Assembly (NCBI GenBank): GCA_965637545.1 | Contig: OZ281501.1 | Coordinates: forward strand, 1,054,001 to 1,118,000 | Length of the DNA stretch: 64,000 nucleotides | From: Phallusia mammillata | Lineage: Eukaryota | Direction: 5' to 3' | In this document: positions 29,101-41,004 of the stretch, in pieces | How the letters are laid out: the number at the start of each line of letters is the position of its first letter | How positions within the stretch are numbered: the stretch's first letter is position 1 | Translations under genes and position numbers: made by a program | The notes under the pieces: generated by a model | The model's input: only the letters and a program-made list of their open reading frames with translations | What the model was told of the DNA's origin: nothing | Database searches by the model: none

Positions 29101-30778
29101 CTACCTTGGCAGTAATGTTTATGATTAAACTGAAGATATTTAGTAACTTTCTTTAGATCCAGATTTTTACACCCTAAACATGTTTCAGTTTTCAAAGATT
29201 CGGGGGCGTTTATCAATGACAAATGTGTGCGTATTCACAGACGGGCTTTCATGCAAACTTTTGGATTGAACTTCCCTGTATTGTTACGTTTTGTCTGTAT
29301 GGATTTTGTGTCAATTCTGTAAAAAAACGTTGGGGGACAACTTCGCTCTGAAGAGATTCACGGTGGTCGATATCAAAATCTGTGACGTTTATGTCATTTG
29401 GAATCGGAAGTGCAAAAAACAACTCGGAACTTGTACGTGGTGGACGAAGTTTAAAACTTACTTTGTCTCGTATACAGCAAAACAATGTTATGAATCAGTG
29501 TGAAATATTCCAGTTTATTTGGAATACAGTTTGACAGCAAGTTATTAAGCGGTAGCTTAGGACGTTTCTTTGTGCAACTGTAATTGACATGACACACTTC
29601 GTTCCACGGGAGCAATATTCAATAAAATGTTTTTCGTAATTATCCAAACACTGCAAGCTTTCAGAACCGCACTACACATGCAAGTCTGCTCAAGGTAAAT
29701 GTCGTACCTCTTGCATTTCTCCTTCTCTGCGGTAACTAAAATTATTTACAGACTAACAATAATTGCAACCACTGACTAACACTCTAGTTCCAAAAGTTGA
29801 AAGCACAGCTGCGTATTGTAGGTCGTTTGAATGAGTTTTCAGTTTTTACTTTACCCGGAAAACATGTTGCTAAGATCGTGTGATGAAAACAAAATACGTG
29901 ACTACAATCATCACCTAGCTGATTTAGATATTAAAAAATAGATATTGTATAGGGTTTCCTATATCAGCAGGCCAATTCACAAATGAACTTCAACCATTGA
30001 TGCGATCTTTGTCGAGCCGATATTTTAACGTTAGCATTTTAATTCATGTAATTATGAATATTTTTTGCAATGTTTTAATTCATGTCATTATAAACGTCGC
30101 AAAAATTATTAAAATGTTTTGCGAAATCTGTCATAACATTTGGAGACTAAAAAACGCTTTTTACACAAAAATTGATTTACTTATGGCAGTGGTTCTCAAC
30201 TCTATACTGATCGTGACATTGTCTTTCGCTGCCTACTACCTAAACCCTGCTATAAAGAGTACAACAAGAGATAGACCAATTCTTCTGACACAAAATGTTT
30301 TTAAAACCAGCAAAGTTGGCAATTTCAAAAGCACGTCGAAGACAGAAGCAAGGCAGATTAGTTTATCTGCAGTTCATGATCTTACTTAAACGAAGTGGAG
30401 CAGAAAGCTACTCGCGTACCATGTCAAAAGCATGGGCGTACCACTAGTGGTACTATTACCACAAGTTGAGAAACGCGGCCTATGGGTTTCATGTATTTAG
30501 GTTTTTTCCAAGCGATACTGTAATCACTTAAGCAGGATAAACAATTGATAGTTTGTTGGAGCTATATATATTCAAGCCATCTGTAAGCGATATTACTTGG
30601 ACTATGGTTAATGATGTGTGGATAAAATGTCCCAAACCGATCATAACTTGCACAAGCGAAATCCGTGTTCAGGAACTTTAAATCAAATAAAGAACACGAA
30701 TCAAGGATTAAATTTCCGATTATTAATTTAGTTTCAAAATTATCACATAAAAATATCAAAGAGTTTGATGTTTGATGC

Positions 30779-33700
30779 TTATTTCTTTTCCAACTCTTTC
30801 AATGCTCTGTGCAGAGTTTTTCCCACAGCTGTCTTCGGAATGGCATCAATGAAGGTGATTCCCCCACGTAGCAACTTGAAATCTTCGACTTTGTCTAAAA
30901 AATATTGTATGATAGGCCCTATTTTAAGCTGCTTACACTTTAATTTCAAGGCAGTTTTGGGGCTTGGGTTTTCAATGAAATTAGCAGATAAAACATACAC
31001 ATTTTACAACTTTAAATATCATTATGTAAGCTATTGCTGCCAGGCATAGTATCAAGTTTAAAGAGCTCTTCTGGCAAATGTGATTTTATTCCGACGTTTC
31101 GACGTCCTATACAGGTCGTCTTCACGTCGAAACGTCGGAATAAAATCACATTTGCCAGAAGAGCTCTTTAAATTTAAATATCATTGTTGTTTTCTACCTT
31201 TCAGAAACTCGTGAATTTCTTTCTCTGTGAGCGATGGATCCTTTTTGACAACATAAGCTTTGGGGAAATGCCCCGCATCGTAATCGCGAATACCGATGAC
31301 TCCTACGTCACCAATTAGAGGGTGACGTAACAATACCCCTTCTAACTCTGAAGGTGATACCTAAAAACACTGGTTTTACCAAACACTTTTGAAACTTTAA
31401 TATGGAAACAAACTTCATGCATACTAGCTTTCCATAGGAAATTATTAGGGACTTTAGTCGATCAACGATATAGATAAACTCGTTATCATCGTAATGTCCG
31501 ATATCTTCTGTATGTAACCAGCCTTCACTGTCAATTGCCTTTGCTGTCGCTTCAGGATTGTTTAAGTATCCCTTCGTAAACTAGAGAAAATTGCTACAAT
31601 TTGGTATGTTTACTATGTTTAGCTATATCAAAGCTTTTTTTTTAATTCCCTGAGCACAAACACAAAATAAACAAGAAATTATCAACTAGAAAACGCAACT
31701 ACATTCCATTCTTAACATATAAATTGTCAACATTGGATTTGTAACAACTTTAAACAACACTTACTTGTGGACCCTTTAAACACAATTCTCCATCTTCATT
31801 TGGACCAAGTTCCTTACCACTTGAGATGTCAACCACCTAGAAAAAAAAATGTACATGTTCAACAAACATGACATTAAAATTATAAGTGAATTAAGACCCT
31901 ACTCACTAGGGGTCGGCAACCTTTTTTGCATTGCGGACCGGTTTTGAAAGTGAAATTTTATCGCGGACCGGTCTTCAAAAGACTACAAATATTTAGCAAT
32001 GAAAACGCTTAAATTAGTTTATTATCCCCGGGATACACGGGCAAAATGTTTTATTGCATTTAACCTGAAAAATTATACGGCCCGGTAAGGAACTCATCGC
32101 GGACCGGTACCGGGCCGCTGACCGGCGGTTGCCGACCACTGCCCTACTGGTACTAGTAATTTTATAGCTCTATGGATTACAGGACGGTTCTTACATATTC
32201 ACGATGAAAAGCGGATTATTTTTAGCTGTAAACAAGCATACTTGCACTAGCTTACTTTCATATGTGTATTCGCAATCAGCTTTCCAACCGAGCCAACTCC
32301 CAACCTTGCGTCCGGCCCTAGAGAAATAATCACTCCTTCACTCATGCCCCAACCTATGAACAGACTTAACTATAGTAACGTGTTTTGATGATTGATATGT
32401 AAAAACTTGAATGACCTTGGCCGATTCCAACCTTGTATTTTTCAATGACGGAATCTGCTACACTGAAAGAGAGACGCTCGCTTCCAACCCATATTCGGCG
32501 CAAGGACGATAAATCGAAGACACTGTCAGTGGGAAGTTGATTTAAAGCCGAAACCATTTTGGGAAGCACATTCACATATGTGACCTATATAAATTTACAT
32601 TTTTTGTGAGAAAACATTTTTAATTTTTATGTTTTTGCTGCTTTTTTTCTGTAAATCAGCCTATTCTGTTTCCAAGTGTAAATTTTACCTTATACTTTGA
32701 TATCTCCTGAAGCATTTCTTTGAAGTCAAATTTCGTTTTTAAAACCATCGCTGCACCTTGTGTTAACGTAAACAAGCTTCCAAAGACACTTGTAACATGG
32801 TACATCGGTATAAACAAGTAGGTTACATCCGTAGCGTCCAATCCAAATTTTCCAGCCCTGCAAAAGTTAATGTCTTTACTTCGCTATTGGTGGAGGGGAT
32901 GCGGTTGAGAAGCCTGTTTGCGGCGAAGACTCTAGCCCTCTATACAGTGGTGGCTTGAAATTAAAGACTGTGGAGTGTGATACAGGATCAATAAACACCA
33001 AAGCTGGAATTGTTACTGTGCTGTTAAAATATACATCCATAGAAGACTACTTTGTATCAACTGGTAATTCAGTCCTATGCTACTTTTTTCCTGCTGGTAA
33101 ATCAGACCTAGGCAGGTTTACATAATTTCAAACTCTGTGTAAACCTGCCAACAGACAACGATGCTAATACATTTCTTTGTGTCAACATCACTGCTTTAGG
33201 TGGACCGGTTGTGCCACTCGTGAAAAGGATGAAAGCCAAGTCTTCACCATTAATCTCAACATCAGTAGAAAAATCTGAGAATGAAAAAAAAAATTGTGTA
33301 AGCCGTGCGTAAAATTTAGAAGAAGGCAAGTAACAGTTGACCGTCAGATGACACCCATTTGTCCTGGATTGCAGTTGATAATAAGCTAGGTAGAAAAGAA
33401 GCAACAGAAAATATTAGTCGGCAGCTTAACCGGTTTGATCAGCGTTAGGTATTAATCATTTTCACCAAATCTGTTTTGTTGGAAAATATTTAAAGGCTTT
33501 GGTTTCTTAAGTATTTTCAATATACCTTTTATGTCTCCAGTTGCAATAAATTTAGTAAAAGTGGTTCCTTCAATTCCTTCTTCTATACAGATTAACTCCT
33601 AAATGAAGATAATTTTAATTTTGTTGAAAGATTTAATTCAAGTGGTTACCTCACCTCAACACAAGCTAACTTTCTGCAAACTGTCTTCAACATCTCATAG

Positions 33701-34818
33701 TTAAAAGAATTTGCAAAAACAAACTTGGGTTTCACTTGATTCAGTCGTTGAAGCATTTCCTCTGCAAACAACAAGAAAACCATTATTGTTTAAGTAACCT
33801 GTCAATCCGTTTCGATTTGCCTAAAGTTATTTATTTTTATCAAATAAATTTACAATGGTCCATTGAATAGCTACATTAGCCAATACGTACGATCTCTCGT
33901 CGCCAGCTGCACTGATAAAACCATCTAGGCCACAGGATCCCAACCTTTCTTGTCCCGTGACCCCTTATTAACATTTGCCAAGTTGCGGTGAACCCAATGA
34001 TAAATTTAGTAGGCTCTAAATTAAGGTTGACTGTATTTTTTCTCAACAATAAAATGGTTTATGAGTTTATTCCATTGGGGCTAGTGGTCAATGGCCTAAA
34101 ACGAGTCGGGAACCACCGCTTTAAGCGACTTTCAGCAAATTGCCAGGCCAGTTGGTTGACAGTAGCAACTTAATCTGTTTTTATAGGTTCTGTTAGGCAT
34201 ATGTTAACGTTGAAAAATGAACGCTTATTTTTCAGCCCTACTACTTCTAAATGCCTTTTTGTAGATTTATATTGCTCGAAAACACATTGCTGAAGTAAGA
34301 TTCAAACTCACCACCATTGGAGGTTTAAAAAGGATGCACTTACCTTCTGTGCAAATCGGGTTCACTGGAGCAAGTATTCCACCGCATGCATTAGTTCCGA
34401 TTGCGATGAAGACAAATTCGGCACAGTTTGTGAGACAAGTTGCCACCACATCACCCTTCCTCAACCCCATGCGGTAAAATGCACTCCCACATTTCATGGT
34501 ATTCTCACGTACTTCATCGTAAGTGTATTCTTTACAGTTGTTTCCAGTCTCGATCTGAAATGTAAAATAACATTCTGCTGGGTAACACTGTTTTAATATG
34601 ACGATATTCAAGATGTAGTTAAAGATTACATTTTATGTCAATATATTTTTAGAATATACATTTTCAATAAACCTTGTTGTAGGTAACCTAAAAATAAACA
34701 AAGTAGGCCTACTTACAATTGCTTTCTTGCTTTTCCATCTTTTCAACTCTTTAAGAACAAAACTGGCAACATCAATGTCAGGAATGACCACATGTGCTAC
34801 AGAACTTTTAATCACCAT
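30779..34818 (-). CDS. G7: divergent luciferase/4CL-like adenylating enzyme, 12 exons, 521 aa, open frame but TGD>TED
   Basis: Exons 34717-34818,34344-34554,33655-33761,33526-33598,33145-33274,32689-32857,32416-32584,32256-32353,31765-31836,31425-31580,31198-31360,30779-30894. Sum 1566 nt. Motifs [52 protein letters not shown]; ends ELEKK. Confidence 0.88.
31057..31172. repeat. Perfect 49-bp inverted repeat with 18-nt spacer; Penelope-like terminal remnant with truncated hammerhead (G7 intron 11)
   Basis: Arms 31057-31105 and 31124-31172. Contains the hammerhead half GACG..CGTC GAAA CG TC GG and the end motif CCAGAAGAGCTC shared with 58601-58676 and 63743-63832. Confidence 0.75.
31907..32141. 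mobile_element. hAT-type MITE (G7 intron 8)
   Basis: TIR TAGGGGTCGGCAACC / GGTTGCCGACCACTG; internal GCGGACCGG repeats; TSD imperfect (CCCTACT near both ends). Confidence 0.72.
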
Positions 34819-35791
34819 AACTACCGGTTTGTTTCCACAAAAATGCATCGACTGACTTAATCTCTTACGCCTTAAAACATTTTATAACACAGCTACGTAT
34901 TGTTAAACGTTTTTAGCGAGTTTTCGGTTTTTACTAACCCGAAAACGTATGGCGATGATCGTGTTATGAAACCAAAACCGTGACTGGAATAATCACTTGG
35001 CGGATGTTTAGATTACAAAGCATTCATTGGAAAGCAGGTGGGTTACTGGCCAATTGCTGTTCCCTATTTGAGCAAGATAAGTAATTTTGCTAACGAAAAT
35101 ATGCTTGAACCATTGATGAAATCTATACCAAACCGATGTTTGTTATATTAGTGTTTCAATTCAGGTAATTAAGATATTTTATTGCAATGTTTTACTTCAT
35201 ATCAGAACAAACTTTGGAAAGGAATGAAAAATTTCTTGTGAAATCTGCCATCACTTTTAAAGACTAAAAAAATGCTGTTATAAAAAACTCTTCTGCCTGT
35301 GTTTCATGTATTTAAGTTTTTCTAACGAGGAATACTGTAATCACTTAAGCGTGACAAACAACGTTTCGTGATTCTTGTGACGTCACCTGGCTACTTCGAC
35401 AATCTTCGTTATTTTAAACAAAGCCATTATTTATTTATTTAAAGACATCAAGAAACAACCCTACTAGCTTTTTAAGTTATTGGATGATCCACGCAATATG
35501 TGGGCGTCAAAATGTTTACAACTGAAAACATTTTCTATTGTTATTGTATTGTTAACAATGTGGCTGTATTATTTGTTTGAGTTTGTAAGTTGTCAGTCAA
35601 AGCGTTTGTGACGTCACATACCTTAAGACATTACTGAGTTTGGTCGAAAGTGTTTTAAGTTGAAACACAAATTTGAAGCATGGCGTGGACATATGACAAG
35701 AAAAATATTTGCAGGTAGAGATGTAGTTTATAAAGATTAATGGAAATGTTTAATGTGAAAAAAACAGAAAGTGAGGAATCTTGGCAGTTAC

Positions 35792-38700
35792 TTATTTCTT
35801 TTCCAGCTCTTTCAATTCTCTGTGCAGAGTTTTTCCTGTCGATGATTTCGGAATGGCTTTAATGAAGGTGATTCCCCCACGTAGCAACTTGAAATCGGCC
35901 ACTTTGTCTAAAATTTAATGAGAAGTAGCGAATTTTTAGAGCAGGTTTTATTCTGAACGTTGTGTTGAAGGTTTTACTTGTTTAGATTCGACTTTAAACA
36001 TTAGCAGATAAGAACCAGTCGCTCAATTTTTTTACAATATCAAACATTATTTCATTTTTTGCTTTCTACCTTTAAGGAACTCGTGAATTTCTTTCTCTGT
36101 GAGCCATGGATCCTTTTTGACAACGTAAGCTTTGGGGAAATATCCCGCATCGATATCGGGAATACCGATGACTCCTACGTCATCAATTAGAGGGTGACGT
36201 AACAATACACCTTCCAACTCCGAAGGTGATACCTGGAAAATAAATGAAGCAAAAAATCTTTAAACTTCAATGTTAAAACAAATTGCATATATACCTGTGA
36301 CCCATAGTAGGTTATCAAGGATTTCAGTCGATCAACGATATAGATAAACTCGTTATCATCGTAATGTCCGATATCTCCTGTATGTAACCAGCCTTCACTG
36401 TCAATTGCCTTTGCAGTTGCTTCAGGATTGTTCAAATATCCATTCGTAAACTGCAAATTAAAATTGACATGAGTTCACTGGCTGCAGGCAGAAAATAGAT
36501 ATTATTGTGCTTGAAGTATCTTAATTATCTTAATTACTCTTTGTTACATTATGACAATAAAGCTTTGTGTTTGATGCCCATGTTTCGACTTTTCATGTGG
36601 TGGTGTTTATCAGGGCATTAGAAATCAAGAGTTTGGAACAGGAAATAAACAAAAAACGATGCACTAAACACCCGTGTTTCTCACTATTATTTTGATTAAG
36701 TTTAGATTTGTAACAACTTCATACAACACTTACTTGTGGAGCCTTTAAACACAATTCTCCATCTTCATTTGGACCAAGTTCTTTGCCAGTTACAATGTCA
36801 ACCACCTGAATGAAACAGCATACATCATGACACAAAGTTTGCTCATCTTTAATGAAATATGCCGAACGATAAAACTTGAAGGTAACTTTAGGTATTAAGG
36901 CTCACTGGTTATTGTTTGAAATGTGCAGGAAAAAGCTTTTTGAACATTGGCTTACTTTAAGTTTCGTATTGGATATCAGCTTTCCAACCGAACCAACTCC
37001 ATAGTTGACGTCCGATTGTATAGACGCCGGCATTCCCTCAGTCATGCCCCAAACTAAAACCAAAACAAACAGGAGTAGAGTAGTAACATAAAATTATCAA
37101 GCCAATCAATGATAAGCCTATGTCATGTTACAAGCTGTAGTGATAAGACCTTAGAGACCGAAGCAGTGTACACTCTCTGCAGCTTACAGCAAACAAGACT
37201 AGCTTCCAGTATTTTTGTTGTTGAAACAACGTTTGTTGCCTTGTAACTTGTTTTTTGGTGGCATTTTTTTACCTTGGGCAATTCCAATCTTGTATTTTTC
37301 AATGACGGAATTGGCAACACTTAAAGAGAGAGGTTCGCCTCCACAGACAAGTTGACGTAAGGATGAAAAATCGAAGCCACTTTCACTTGGGAGTTGATTT
37401 AAACCCAGAACAATTTTCGGAACTACGTTTAAGTTTGTCACCTGCACAAGTGAACATACATAAGAAGTTTGTATTTTTCCTTATCTCTGCCCTGTTTTAC
37501 TTTGGCATAAACCGTTTCAAAAGCAAGCCCTTAACAATTTTTAGCTGTTGTGTAAGTGTCAAATTTTCACCTTAAACTTCGGTATTTCCTGAAGCATTTC
37601 CATAAAATCAAAGTTCTTTTTCATAACCACCGTTGCCCCCTGTATTAACATTAACAAGCTCCCAATGGCACTTGTGATGTGAAACAACGGTATAAACAAG
37701 TAGGATACGTCATCAACATCTAATCCAAACTTTCCAACCCTGCAAAGTAAATGTATTTTATTCGCTGCCGTCGGTTTAAAGACCCTTTTAGCGTTAAAGC
37801 CTCCAGTGCTCCATACAAATATGGCTAAAGAAGGGCTGGCAAACAAAACAAAACTTAATGCTGAAATTGTTGTTGTGCTGTTGCTCTGCTTAAATTCATA
37901 GGATCGGGCGCTGTATAAACAGGAGAAAGCTTTGCAGTATCTTAAAATACTGAGACACACCTAAAAATTTGACTGTAAAAAGTTTTTGTGGTGCTCATGA
38001 GTCTGAAACATTTGACGGAAGGCCAAAATGTGTATTAATTTTACCATTTTGGACAAACACGGCTATTTCTGAGGCGATTTCCCGTTCTAAACGAATGACA
38101 AAATGCAAAGATTTTTCCCGAGGTGTCGATAAAGTGGTTACTGCGGGTCCTTGAAATCAAAGATTTTATATGATTTTCTGGCTTCTAAACGGGGTATTTG
38201 TACAAAAAGGGCCCACAGACCTGATACAATTAAAAATCGATCCGTAACTACAAAAGGGTTGAAAACCATTAGATAAATGCTTTGAACTTAATACCTGCCA
38301 AGAGTCAGCGTTGCCAAAACGTTTTTATGCGTCTTCCTCACTGCTTTCGGTAAACCGGTTGTGCCACTTGTGAAAAGGATCATTGCCAAGTCTTCGCTGC
38401 TTATTTCGATATCGGTAGGAAAATCTAATAAAATAAAATATTGGAATACATCACGTATAAAAAATACTTCAATTATCAATTGATCTTAAAAAACCCATTT
38501 GAATTAAGTTGAGTTGAGTTTATTTCGCTTGGTAAAAGAAAACATAGCGACACAATATCATTAAAACAATCACCAAGCTGGAAATAGCTGCGCAACGTTG
38601 TAACGTTATGGAGCGCAAAACAATGGAGGGCACAATTGGTGGATGAGAGCTAAACGCGCTGCAGCTCATTGGCAAAGATATGGTTTTGTTTTTTGGCGAA

Positions 38701-39802
38701 AACAAGCAACAGATTGACTGGGAGCCCAATTACTTTTATTGGGCAGAGTGAATAATTTTAGCAAACTGATTAAATTTACCTTTAGCGTCTCCAGTTGCAA
38801 TAAACTCAGTAAAAGTTTTTCCTTCAAAACCTTCTTCAACACAGATTAAATCCTGAAATGGAAATAAGTTTTAGTTAGTTAGTTTGAATTTAGAAAGATT
38901 TAAAGGCAAGTTAATTGCCATCTCACTTCCACACAAGATAACTTCTTAGAGACATTCTTTAACATCTCAAAGTTGAAGGAATTTGCGAAGATAAACTTCG
39001 GTTTCACTTGATTCAGAATCTGATACATTTCATCTGCAAATAACGAGAACACCATTAAGCTTTAACTTGTTGGTGAGCTTAAATGTGCATCATGCAGACC
39101 TGTTGATTCGATAGTGACGACTTTTAATTCAGTCAACAAAAAAGCCAAAAAAGTTAATGACAGCAGTAATTATAAACGTCTGCAATACCTATGTTTTTAG
39201 GAGGTCTGTTTTCGATCAAAAGCTCACATTTATTTCGTGTTCTAGTGTTTCTTTTGAAGTGACTGATTGCACACTTTGGTATTACGAAGCCACATAGCTA
39301 AGGAGGGGATCAAACTCACAACCTTCGGAGGTTTAAAAAGGATGCACTTACCTTCTGTGCAAATCGGATTTACTGGAGCAAGTATTCCACCGCATGCATT
39401 AGCACCGATTGCTATGAAGACAAATTCGGCACAGTTTGTGAGACAAGTTGCCACCACATCACCCTTCCTCAACCCCATGCGGTAAAATGCACTCCCACAT
39501 TTCATGGAGTTCTCACGTACTTCATTAAAGCTGTATTCTCTGCAGTTGTTTCCAATGTCGATCTGAAATGAGAAAGTGTTATCCTGGGCAGTGCGATTTT
39601 TAATGTGCTGAAAGTTCAACATGTCATGAAAACATAGCCTACTTGTCAATATATTCTACTTTTCTAATTAGCCTGATTAAAAGTAAAGGAAAATACTTAC
39701 AATTGCTTTTTTCTTTTCCCATTTTTTCATCTTCTTTAGAACAAAACTGGCAACATCAATGTCAGGAATGACCACATCTGGTAAAGAACTTTTAATCACC
39801 AT
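35792..39802 (-). CDS. G8: divergent luciferase/4CL-like adenylating enzyme, 12 exons, 521 aa, intact
   Basis: Exons 39701-39802,39352-39562,38927-39033,38780-38852,38295-38424,37571-37739,37273-37441,36956-37053,36734-36805,36295-36450,36070-36232,35792-35907. Motifs [52 protein letters not shown]; ends ELEKK. Confidence 0.9.
37132..37185 (+). mobile_element. Decayed hammerhead of the same family (G8 intron 7)
   Basis: AAGCTGTA GTGATAA GACC-ttaga-GACC GAAG CAG-tgtaca-CTC TC TGCAGCTT. Confidence 0.45.
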
Positions 39803-40120
39803 GGCGACTGAGATTGTAGCTTTGCTACAGTAACTATTGGTTTAGGCCTTTGCAATACAACTGCGTGTTGACAACCGTATAATGATGGGTCAGGAGTATA
39901 ACTTTAGCCGGGAAACATATTGCAATAATCGTGTGATGAAAACTAAAACCGCTGCAGGAAATATTACGTAGAGGATATTTAGTTTTCTGACTAATCCCCT
40001 TCCCGTATGGAGTTTTATTCCCTTCGTGGGCTAAACATCAAATCTACAACCAAAAGGTGCTAGAACTATTGAGACGACACACGTATTTTACAAACTTTCA
40101 TTTTTACCTTCGTGTTAAGC

Positions 40121-40306
40121 CAGTGGTTCCCAACCTTTTTCGACGAATTCCACAATTAACAATTTAAGCACTTTCAGTCATCCCTCAAATACATAGCAGA
40201 TGCTTAATTATACCAAGATCTATTAAAATTGGACCTTAAGTGTCTATTTGCAAACCACATGAAAAAATAATAATGGGAAGAATTCCTCTCCGGTATGGAA
40301 CCACTG
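40121..40306. mobile_element. hAT-type MITE (186 bp)
   Basis: TIR CAGTGGTTCC / GGAACCACTG; perfect 8-bp TSD TGTTAAGC. Confidence 0.87.
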
Positions 40307-41004
40307 TGTTAAGCATTTTAGAAGTTTTTTAGAGGGGAAATAAGTGGATATAGAATGTAAGTTATTTCAACAGTTTCTTTAAAAACGTTTATCTTCTTTT
40401 TTGTTGGTCTCCCATAGATAAAATACCCAAGCTATGCTATTTTTTTGTGCCCCAACTCGCTGAAATATGTTTTCTATCTTCCTGTAGGTGGAGCAATAAT
40501 TGCCGCAGCTTTTCCATCAAAACCAATGCAGAACCTTTCGGTAATCACTGAGCGATGACACGGAATGAACCGTGACAGCGGTGCTTGCTTAGATATTCTC
40601 GAAAGGTCGAAGTCTTATTGGGCTTATGGCAATAAATGAGATGTTGCTGCCATGCATAATGTATTAACAAATATGTAGCTCTTCCAGCAGTGTTTATTAC
40701 AAAATAACTTCGTTTCGATCGTCCCATACCAGACACCTTCACCAGGGTAATGACATAAATTAAAACACAAAGTTGTTATAAAGCTGCAATAGCGATAAAA
40801 CACACAAAAACGCAGCGATAGGAAGCTCGTGCGCACAAAATGTGGCAATAAGTTGCAATGCTTGTCACCCAGGGAGTTATTTGCTAGGAGCAAGCCACAC
40901 TCGCATAGCTTTTTCGTTTAATGATTAACCAAAGTCACACAGCTTGACAAGCGCACAACGTGAACCATTAAACTAAAGCCAGAAATTGAAACTTTAGCAG
41001 CAAC

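Noticed and set aside
29291-29503. Yippee/Mis18- or papillomavirus E7-like zinc finger
   Set aside because: Only a CxxC plus TL/LG resemblance; spacing does not fit, and the paralogous copy is frameshifted.
36575-36625. Functional hammerhead in G8 intron 9
   Set aside because: CTGATAA core, broken P2 and no NUH triplet; at most a decayed relic.
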